Source: Eledone cirrhosa
Lineage: Eukaryota
Direction: 5' to 3'
Assembly (NCBI GenBank): GCA_964016885.1
Contig: OZ024740.1
Location: 396,180,001-396,244,000, forward strand
Length of the DNA stretch: 64,000 nucleotides
The notes under the pieces are model-generated. The model worked only from the letters and a program-made list of their open reading frames with translations, did not search any database and was not told the origin of the DNA. A program made the position numbers and the translations under genes. Shown piece by piece: positions 54,017 through 64,000 of the stretch (its first letter is position 1; every line of letters starts with the position of its first letter).

Positions 54017-54129
54017 CTGCAATAAGACCACTTAAAATCAGTTCTAATGTAAACTTTCCAAAAGGAACAAAAGATTTATAAATTCTTATAAACATAAAGG
54101 TGAAAAGTTAAGATTAATCATAGTAATAC

Positions 54130-54421
54130 AGTAGAACCTAGATTCACAAACATCTCTCATCACAAACAATTTTTCCGAACATAAAACTTCTTGGTTCACA
54201 AAGGGTGTCTTGAGTAACAAGCATGCAAGTTGGCAACAAGCTTGGAGTATCGGCAGGAAAGCGTCACTTGCTGTGTAGTTAGTTACTATGGTGATATTTA
54301 TCTGTCTTTTCCACAGTCTCTCTTAACATTTTGTCTGGGGAAAATAGTTTCAGTTTACAAATATTTTGGGTGACGAACGGCTTTCAGGAACAAATTAAGT
54401 TCATAAACCAAAGTTCCAGTA
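54130..54421. mobile_element. Tigger/pogo-type MITE
   Basis: Degenerate TIRs CAGTAGAACCTAGATTCACAAAC / GTTCATAAACCAAAGTTCCAGT; TA flanks. Confidence 0.55.
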
Positions 54422-55102
54422 TAAAACAAAAGACAACAGGTCTAGAAAATGAAAGGATATACAACTTGTATTTAAGAACATTCCTTTCAAACAAGAGAAG
54501 AATTTTGTAAAATATTAAAATAAAGGTCAAGTAGCAAAGGTGAAAAATAGAAATGCAGGAGAAATTAACACTTTTAATAAAATAAACAACTTAGAAATTA
54601 ATAAATAATATGAGTAGAGTAGTAAGGGCTCCCAGCACTAGGAAGCAAAGATACTTTTGGCACCCCTACCATAATTAACTGGCATGACAAGTCAGAGGGG
54701 ATTTTGTACGCTTTCATACCAGGACTCCCTCCTTGTCAGTACACGAATAGATTAACAAAATCTGAAATAAAATGAACTGCAACCAATATGAATTTACATT
54801 TATATTAGCTTAGAACAACCAGATATTTTTAATGACCATTATATTATGAGATACATACAAAAAACACCATAATTTTACATTCACTTTTCCATGTTTGCAT
54901 GAGTTAGACAGTTCCTCTCCAACACTGTTATTTCCTTTATGGGCTTCAACATCCTGGGATCATCTTTCACAACTTCTGCCCATGACATTTGCAAATAAAA
55001 TATACACACAAAAACAATATCTTCTAAACATTACATAATCTTCCACTGCTAAAACAAGAAAACAAAAGGATCTTTAGAAAATGCTTCATTTTATGATCTT
55101 AC

Positions 55103-55188
55103 CTCTTGCACAGAGATCTCATCAGTTGGTTCATCATATCGAAAACGTTTAGAATTAAGTATCCAGTCTCTTTTTTCTTTACGTATAA
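55103..55188 (-). CDS. TMCO6: TMCO6-like exon 2
   Basis: TAG acceptor, GTAAG donor; (V)IRKEKRDWILNSKRFRYDEPTDEISVQE completes IBB-like RKxKR..L.SKR; 86 nt, phase 1 to 0. Confidence 0.85.
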
Positions 55189-55822
55189 CTACAATAGATA
55201 AACAGTAAAGATGATCAATGCCAATAACCTTATTTTTCACACAAAAAACAACTGCCTTAAAGAAATTAATTCAAAAACAGAAAGTATTAAATTCATTCCA
55301 TCCTCTTAACATATCTTCTCAAAATACACAAATTTCATGCACTTCCATTTACAGAAACACAAATCCTCCATCCTATCTTCAATTTTTTAGATCAAATACT
55401 TATACTAACTTCAGTCAAAAGATGTAGTCTGTACTCATATATAGTTCAGCAGCTCATCACATTACATGTACACATCCAACTGGCACAAACTCAATATTTT
55501 TAGTTCCCCCTCCACACACAACACAATTCTAACAAATGCTTATGCTACCTACCTTTTCAGATGTGTAGGCCTCCATTATTCAACTACCTATAGCTGAACA
55601 TCAGCCCTCTATGCACAGATAATGTACATCAGCCTACAGTCGATTATACTGACCTCAGTGCTCAAACTGTACTTAATTCATTGCTTCCAGAAAGATAAAG
55701 ATAAAGTCAACCATGGCAGGATTTGAACTCAGAACATAAAGGACATTAACAAAATACTATAATGCAATTTGTCCGATGCTTTGAACATTTTACCAATCCA
55801 TCAGCTGTATCTATATCACTAT

Positions 55823-57097
55823 GAGGGTGAGCTGAAAAGTTCATAGCTGACTACGAAGGACTGATGCTAGAGCTGGAGAGAAAGGTGCACTTTCAGAATA
55901 TGTATAGTTTTATATGGTTTCAACTTCATGATAAGCAATTATCATGGTTCAAAATTTTTTAAATCACCATTTTTACACTTTTTCACTTTTTTCATTTTTT
56001 TACCCTCTTTTTGCACTGAAAATCAGGTCTTTGGGTAACTTAATTCAAGTGTTCTGTCAAGTTTCCAAGCCATTCTCCATACTTATTAGAGATAGGGTGC
56101 TCAGCAGTTGTTGCCATTCAGTAACAGCCATCTAAACTTCAAAAATAGCCCCCCATGACCCAGATTTTTTAATTTTTAGTTAACATTTTTTTTTAATGAC
56201 CGGCTTAAAGCAATTGGCTTTTAGTGTCTGTGAGACTTCAGATGGTAGAGATTAAGGAAATCAAGTTCCAAAGGCATGGGATAAAAGCTACTTGGAGTAA
56301 TAGGTCTCTGAAAATCAAATAAATTCAATATTTTCAAAATTTTGGAAAATGCCTAAATCTTTAAATGGCCGTAAAATCTGATTCATAAAGTGCTGTGGAG
56401 CTGACGTTTTCAGGAATTACTTCTCTCATGGATACCAATAAATGGTGAAAATTTGAAATCTAGACCTCCAAGACAGACCCCTGTTGAATTGCACTGGAAT
56501 GACCAGGATAAGTGGTGGGTTTGAGTCAGAGACAATCCATGCAGTGGAAATAACCCTCCTCACCTTCTCCAAAGACTGTGGTCGTTTCATCTGCAGGGGA
56601 GGTGATAGCCTCAGTTTTTTGGGGATGCAAAAGGCATTGTGTTTATTGACTATCTTCAAATCTGTCACACAATCAATGGAGAGTACTATACCAACTTGCT
56701 GAGGTAGTTATAAAAGGCTACCAAGACGAAAAATCCAGGAAAACTGATGAAAGGGGTCTTGTTTCATCAGGAAAATACTCCAACACAAAAGTCCTTGGTT
56801 TCAACGGCTGCTGTGCATGACTGTGGCTTTAAACTATTCTCCTGATTTGGCCCCATTTGATTATCATGTTCCCCAACATGAAAAAACACACAATTGGGAA
56901 CCAGTATTGCTGAACCATCATATCTGCTGTTGATGACTTTTTTTTACCAACAGGGCAAAAGCTTCTTCACCAATGGGATCCAAGCACTGCAATACCAATG
57001 GAAGAAGTGTGTGGACTACAAGTGGGATGTTGGGAATGATGTTGAACAATTTCACGAGTATCTTGGTCAACCTATGAACCTTTCAGCTGACCAAGGT
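55823..57097 (+). mobile_element. Degenerate mariner transposon with internal insertion
   Basis: TIRs GAGGGTGAGCTGAAAAGTTCATAG / CTATGAACCTTTCAGCTGACCAAG; LFHQEN, YSPDLAPFDY, GIQALQYQWKKCV motifs. Confidence 0.82.
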
Positions 57098-58355
57098 ACC
57101 ACTGCTTCATTACACCTACTTTCCCAATAGCAAAGTCTACCCAACTCAACTTCTTAGATCATTCAAAATAATCAAACTTTTGCTTATTCTATTAAGAACA
57201 TGCTTCATACTTGAATTGAAAAGATAATGAATATAATCTTCGTTAGTAAGAAAATCATAACTATTTATCATCATCATCATCATCATCAATGTCCATTTTC
57301 CGCACTTGCATGAGTTAGACGGGTTATGTTATAAGACAAGTTAGATCAGGTGACCCCATCTTGCTCATACATATCTCTATTTTGTCCTGGTTCCTATGGT
57401 TGGATGCCATTCCTAACACCAACCACATTACAGTGTGAATTAAACACTTTATCGTGGCACCAAAACGACCATCTAATAGGGTGGACTGGGTGGTGTTTGT
57501 TGCATTACCAGCATGACCACTTTACAGGTTGAACAGCACTTTTTGTCATGTCACCAGCATGACCACCTTACAGGGAACTGGGTGCAGTTTGTTCAGCAAA
57601 TAAAAACAGATTTCAAACTCTGGAGTCATCAATGCCAACCAACACACATCTGAATTTGCTGCAAGGCACATTAAAAAACACACTGCCTATTTATCTTTAG
57701 TTCTTTGTAAGTACAACACTGAATTTTGAATAGAAGTCCTTCCTCTACTTAATCCAAATGGTTAATGAGCAACATTGTTAAATCAATCATCATCATCTGC
57801 TTTGCTCTACTCACAACACAAACCCCCAAAAAAGCACACACTTTTCCTTAACTATAAAATTAAAATCTGTTATTGCTTAAGCTATTACATTCAACCATTA
57901 TACCCTAGAATCATTGGTTTGTAAGGCTTCCTTTTAAGTATTTTGTTTTCCAATCTGGAGCTGATGAGCCTCTATTAGCAACTTTCATTACACAGCGCTT
58001 TGAACTAATACCTGAATTCAAATCTCCCCCTCAGACCATAACATAGTTTGTGTCAATAGTCACTTTCTATAACACCTTAACTATCTATTATCTTACCAAT
58101 TTTGTTTCTCTTCTTCATCAATGACTTTTAGTCAATCAACTAATCACTAATAATATGTTACTGCTACAATCATCATCATCTTGTAGCCTCAGCCAAAATA
58201 CACAGTTTGTTGCTCATTGCATTGCCTAGATCTCAAACATCAATAACAGAGTCTCTGACTATGACATCTGGGTGAGAGAGCTTGTAACCTCTGACTTTTG
58301 ACAGATGTTAGTTTCTAAAGTACTAAATGAAACTTAGCTTTATTTGAGGTGCAAT

Positions 58356-58504
58356 CAGTGCCGGATTTAGGACAAATGAGGCTAGTTAAGTTACTTGGGC
58401 CCTGAAGGAGTTAAAAAATGTTATGCCAGGAAGATGGGCCCCATCCCTGGCCAATGGGGCTCTGTGTTTAAGCATACCTAAGCATAATGGTAAATCCAGC
58501 ACTG
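58356..58504. mobile_element. hAT-type MITE inserted in an old minus-strand LINE fragment (about 58180-58790)
   Basis: TIRs CAGTGCCGGATTTA / TAAATCCAGCACTG; perfect 8-bp TSD GGTGCAAT. Confidence 0.85.
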
Positions 58505-59099
58505 GGTGCAATAGCAATGACCTGCAAATCTCTCCCTCCTTTTTCACACAATATCAGAAATACGAGGGAGGCCATAGTATATTTCTTTAATAGTTATATG
58601 TTGCCTCCAGCTTGTTTTTGAACTCAAGTATGTATATGTTCCAATGAAGTGCTTTTGTTGTTTGATAGTGAGAGTCCAAATTTCACTACCATAAAATATG
58701 ACTGGTTGTACTGTAACTTGGAAGAATACAACTACATAGTCAAGACCTTTCAAACAGAGATCTAACCATTGAACTATTCTCACATAAATTTACTAATTAA
58801 ATACCAATAATTATTCTTTTCAGTTTATGAATCAGTAAGAAGAAAAATAAAACCTGGAAATACTCCAGCACTTTCTCAGGTTAGTGACTAAAATTGACAC
58901 AAACGTCACATAGATAGAATAAAGTACCAATCAAGTACAGGAGTTGATTTAGTCAACCTCAGTACTTGATTTGTGATTTATTTCATCCTTCCTGGTAGGA
59001 TAACAGTCGAAGTTGATATTGGTAGAGTTTGAGTTCGAAACGTAAAGGACTGGATATTGAAAATCATTTTACCTTAGTATTGACCTCTTGCCATAGGTA

Positions 59100-61250
59100 C
59101 AAGGGCTCAAATTTGGGGGTTAGCTATAGTCAGAAAATCATAGGGGACGAACGGAGGAGCAACTGGTTCGTGCTGTTATCGTTGATTACTACACACACGC
59201 GCACATTTACTGGTTTATTACCAACTGTTCAACGCTCATTCAAACTGATATAGTCAAGTATACCCACATCAGTACTTCACTGATATTATTTAAAGGCCCC
59301 TGTAGAACAAAAGCTAAATTGACCTTGATGGGATTCGAAACCTGAACGTAAAAGCTTCGCAACAAAATACCACGAAACATTTTTATTCGACACTACATTT
59401 CTTCCAATCTACCGCCCTAACACTTATTAAAATTAACTCCTCTTATACAGTCAGTTTTCTTTCCTCGTTAATTATTTTCTTAAACATGCAACGAACTTAT
59501 AATGATTAAAATAAGATTTTTAAATCGTCGTTTAGTTCACACATATGTTCTATTTATACGTAGAGTAAAACCAAACATAGCAGATGGGATATAACAGAAT
59601 AGAATCACATGAAACGGCATTATCGCAGAACTCTTCTAACTCATATCAGCATAAAAAGAACACACGCTAAAACGATAACGATGATAATGATGATTCAAGA
59701 CACTTGCCTATCATCGTAGCATAGAAACTGTGTAGTCGTTCGTCCTGCTAGAAATAGCAGTTAAATTTGCTTTAAAGCAAGGGGACATTAAATGTGCCCG
59801 AAAAGAAAAAAAGACGGGATGATCATGGCAGAAAGGTCTTTGATCATAGGTACGTATGTTCGCTCAGGACTGACCTGTACTAAACTTACAAAAAATTCAT
59901 TATCACAGAATAACAATCGTCGAAATTGTTAAACGTTAATTGATGCATAGCAATATATAACGTTATTAGTATACATGTAATCTGCGTTGCTGTGTGGTAA
60001 ACAGAATAAAATATATACTTATAAACTCGTCACGTATCATTTTAGCAGCAGCCGCGATAATAAATGTAATTGACAGCGCGACAGGAAAAAAAGCCTTCTG
60101 TAATACTTAATTAGAAACATCAACGAAGAGTGACTTTACTTGAATTCTTTATAAAACTATGTTTCAGGCTTATGTAAAGTTGTATCAAACACCTCTGTAT
60201 TTCCCAAAGCTTTAGTAGTAACATACATAAATCAATTCCATCCAAGAATTTAAACCGGCCTGCAAACTGAAACTGCTAAAGGCTTACCACAACACAAGAC
60301 ATATTAACGAGTGGATTTATATGCAATATATTGGAGTCAAATCTGATTATTGCAACAAGTGAGTTAGACGCAAATTCTTCACAGAGGACCAACATTTTAA
60401 AAAGAAAATGTCAAAATGCCCCGAGGAATGAATATGTTGGTCTAAGAATTACGTAGGACCTGAGTGACAACGATAACTGTGAAGCAAATATGACGTTTAT
60501 ACAAATCTGTAACTGCATGACAGCACCAAGTTAATATTATGGTCAACACAGGCTAGTGAGAGTATGCTGTTTCTAAAGAAAGATGAGCTCATATTTCTTT
60601 GTTAGTAGTTTCTATATTAGTTCACAGCTAAGGCGATACTCAAGGAATGGTTTATTAGAACTATATTAAAACGGTCTCAGATGACAAATATAACGGGAAA
60701 TAATATCATAAGAATCTAAAGTTCACCTAAATAGGATCCGATCAACACAATATGGCTACTAATACAATATAACGGATGAGTAAATAATAGACATTAAGGC
60801 TCAAAATAGATTAAGCCACAAATAGAAAATAAGAATCTGGCTGAAATGGCATTTTAATGAAAATAATGATGTAATTGAAGTTGGTGTGGTGAGAGTGCTG
60901 CGGTGTATCGTTAATTAGACTACTGCAGATAATAACATGTATGTATTACTGGATAACAACGTAATACTGACTCTATTCTATGTGAAAAATAAAACGACGC
61001 CAATATTTACCGGTTTCATCTTCTCTTCGTCGATGACGAAGTTCATCAATCCCACCGCAGGTGCCAGTGCGGCGAGAGTAGTTTTTAAATCGCTCCTTTC
61101 GCGACGACATGAGCCAGCTCTATGGTAGTTTACTTCCCTTGTTTACCCTGTACCATGGCGATTACGGTCCAATCATCAAGTTATTCTTCTTTTTTTTTTT
61201 TAATATTCAATTCTACATTTATTTTTAAATGTTTTGTATTAACTGTTAGG
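59100..61250 (-). promoter_or_regulatory. CpG-retaining promoter/first-exon region of the TMCO6-like gene
   Basis: CpG dinucleotides visibly more frequent than in the rest of the gene body; CCAAT (61169-61173) and ATGGCG motifs just upstream of the ATG. Confidence 0.45.
61011..61110 (-). CDS. TMCO6: TMCO6-like / importin-alpha-like ARM protein, coding exon 1
   Basis: ATG at 61110, MSSRKERFKNYSRRTGTCGGIDELRHRRREDET, then GTAAAT donor; IBB-like ELRxRR motif; 100 nt, ends phase 1. Confidence 0.85.
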
Positions 61251-61963
61251 AGTAGTTTATTTTAATTTTTTGTTGTTACAATTCTGAATACACCACCTGA
61301 AAATAAAATGTGTTACATCCCCCTGGGAACAAGGTAAATGCAATACATGGTACGAATTTCAAAATTGTTTAAGAAGGCGCAATATTTGATATTTGAAAGA
61401 CAATATAAAAATGGTATGTGTTTCTTGCTAATTTTTATGTATTTTCAATTATCAACTAGTTTTGTTTGTTTTTTTTGTCAGAGTTGCAATTAGAAGCTGT
61501 GAAATGTGAAAACGAAATATAAGTGTATAATGTCCAATGATACCAAAACTGAAATGTGTAATTAATTCTCAACAGACCTTGTAGTTTATGAAACACACAG
61601 CTACTAAAGACAATCCTAACATATTTATCTAGATAATGTTCACAAGTAGAATTTATGTGACAATTATTTTTACTTTTAATATCTAAGGAATTTTTTAGTT
61701 GCCATGCCAGATATTAGTTACAAATACTGACGTTTATTTTTATTTATTTATTTTTAGCACTCTTACCGCTTTAATGCAGTGGATCCCATCTATATATTTA
61801 CACTGTCAACTTAAACGTTCTGGTATATATACAACATTAAAATAAATGTCTATTCGTAATTAATTCTATTAGGGTTTCGAGAAAAGCTAGCAAAACTGCA
61901 CCGAAAACTTTGGCAAATTACAACAAAGCAGCACAGTTTATTTGCCTCTACGCATAACTAGAA

Positions 61964-62520
61964 ACTAGCTGGTTCCATGGAAATCCTACGGTTGTTGACA
62001 ACTACAATGTAGTCAGTAATATAGACCTAAGCACTGTACACTAACATTTCAATCACTGTTATAAAACTTGTACGTTTCATTTAGTTTCATTTCATTGTCG
62101 AGTTTTTCTTTTCACTATTAATTTTTATTTTACCATCTGTTAAAGCAAAGCTTTACCAATTATCTTTATCATAAATTTATACCATTAATGTAATATTTAT
62201 TATATTCAACATTTTAGTGTTATTTTCCCTGTGTTTTACTTCGTATTAACTACCCTAACAAAAACCAGTTAATTTCTTAGTCTTATAAAATGCAACTTAT
62301 AACTATGACTAAATACTGGTTGTGGTAAATAAATCCTTATCTTATAAATGTTTGACCCTGTGTATTATTAATCATCGAATAATCTAATCCAAGGGGAAAC
62401 TGAATTCTTTGTAAAATAAATGATAAATTTGAACCGCAAGGTATCATCAATTTAACTCTTGGTAAACAGTCGTTATTGCCTAGCAGACGATAATTAATTG
62501 CACTAAAATGAATGACCATT
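61964..62520 (-). mobile_element. Helitron 3' remnant with PIF1-type helicase C-terminal fragment
   Basis: LPRVKL..SNLSFILQRIQFPLGLDYSMINNTQGQT, then YLPQPVFSH; 3' hairpin CCGTAGGATTTCCATGG and CTAG|T at 61967-61964. Confidence 0.8.
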
Positions 62521-62879
62521 TAAAAAAAAGAACGTTCTTCTCCGTTGCCACTACCACGATCATCATCTGCATTAACCAACATTCGTACATATTAACACAA
62601 GTACATGATTAATTATATTGATTTTTTGAGAATTTTTGCTTGACAACTTTATCAGGATCCTGCTAAGTTTTTCATATGGGGGAGGGGGGGTTTAATGCTT
62701 GGTATAGAGTCCTTGCCACAACATTGATCAAGGAACTTGGTTAAATGAAAGGTTCCAAATGTGAACTGTGTACACTCTAATATATCCTTAATATGGTTAT
62801 AATAAGCTAACATGTCAGATCTTTTTTTCCCTAATTGAAAGTTCAGGCTGCTACAGTACTTTAAACACTACTTGTCATA

Positions 62880-63770
62880 CACAGCTGACTGGTTCCACAA
62901 TGCAGTTGGGACATGACAACATGGAGCCTCGATATGTTTTGTATCAAGCTCAACAAAAACATTGCAGAAACCTATGAAATAGTCGAAACTACTTACCTAC
63001 TAATATTCATGAGCTGGGTGACTGTTTTCCACTAGGGCAGGGAGAAGAACATCAGGACGCCAAAGTTGGTCAATAAGATTCACAAATTTCTGGATGAAGA
63101 CCATCATTCATTTCTTCTGACGATTGCTAAACAATTTGAAGTGGCTGGGGGCACTGCACTGTCATTCATGATGATCTGAACATGCACAAAGTTCATTCCT
63201 AGGATGTTCAATGAATATCAAAGGCAGAGGTGCGTTGATGACAGCAGGGAGATGGTCAAGTGGATTGCTTCAAATCCAAGTGTGACTTGAGTCTCTGGTA
63301 ACCTGTGACAAGAGCTGGGTTTACTGTTATGACCAAGAGACAGAGTGCCCAGTGGAAACATTCTGACTCCCCAAGACCCAAGAAGGCTAGGCAAAGATGG
63401 TCGACTGGGACTCTCATGGTGATCCCATTCTTCGATAGCTTTTGTTGCAAGAGACCAGAATTCTTCAAGTCTGGTCAGTGGCACCTGCCACAAATACATC
63501 CTGGCCGATATGGGAATCAAGACTTCTGCATCCTCCCTATAGTCCAGACTTAGCCCCATGCGACTTCTGGATGTTCCCAAAGCTGAAGTAGACGCTCAGA
63601 GGAATCTGCTTTAAGGATGAGAAGGAGATGGAGGCTGTGACAAGCACCCTGGACACCTTCACTTTGGAGGACTACAAATGCATTGAAGTTGGAGGATCTT
63701 TCTTTGAAGGAGACTAGTGTTTTGTGTTGATCTGAGTTAAATAAATGTTTCTCTGATAAAAGTCTCAATA
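62880..63770 (+). mobile_element. Degenerate mariner transposase
   Basis: GRQK, IHDDLNM, VTCDKSWVYCYD, SPRPKKAR, YSPDLAPCDFWMFPKLK motifs with frameshifts. Confidence 0.85.
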
Positions 63771-64000
63771 ACTCTTGAGTGTACCTCATATAGTCAACTT
63801 TCACAACATCAGACGTCAATAGAGTCACTGAATTCTTTTCCTTCCATAATGGTCCCTCTTCCATTGATGTGGAAACTTCTGATCTTGTTTTCAACCCTTC
63901 ACTTTCTCTCTAAGATGTCAAACCTTTTACAATTACTCAAAAAACATCAACATAATTGAGCTCTGTCACGGTCCTTTTTTATTTTAAAGAATTATTTGTT

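Noticed and set aside
61308-61340. Divergent plus-strand first exon ATGTGTTAC..AAG|GTAAAT
   Set aside because: Only 8 codons and no supported downstream exon in the window
63550-63894. 114-aa minus-strand ORF
   Set aside because: Overlaps a mariner remnant in antisense; no recognisable motif or splice context

Overview
AT-rich, repeat-dense animal genomic DNA. The SINE/RTE repertoire and the huge (TA)n tracts suggest an octopod cephalopod (inference, no database search). Right half: a complete 13-exon minus-strand gene (ATG 61110, TGA 40211; 1470 nt CDS, 489 aa; all introns GT-AG with consistent phases) for an importin-alpha-like ARM protein of the TMCO6 type. Its introns carry Helitrons, mariner, MITEs and SINEs. 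Left and middle: degenerate Penelope-like and RTE retroelements, one nearly intact RTE reverse-transcriptase ORF, tRNA-derived SINEs and about 8 kb of (TA)n-TAATACA satellite. The YI-rich ORFs in the track are artefacts. The most unusual signal is at about 19.2-33.7 kb. Almost every non-repeat island between the satellite blocks is densely packed with stem-loops, mostly folding better on the minus strand (G.U wobbles, U.U mismatches). They are followed on that strand by a TE-poor U-rich 4.6 kb tail ending at AATAAA (14660-14655). This looks like an unannotated long structured RNA (lncRNA, hairpin/miRNA precursor, or giant 3' UTR). All structures were folded by eye only.
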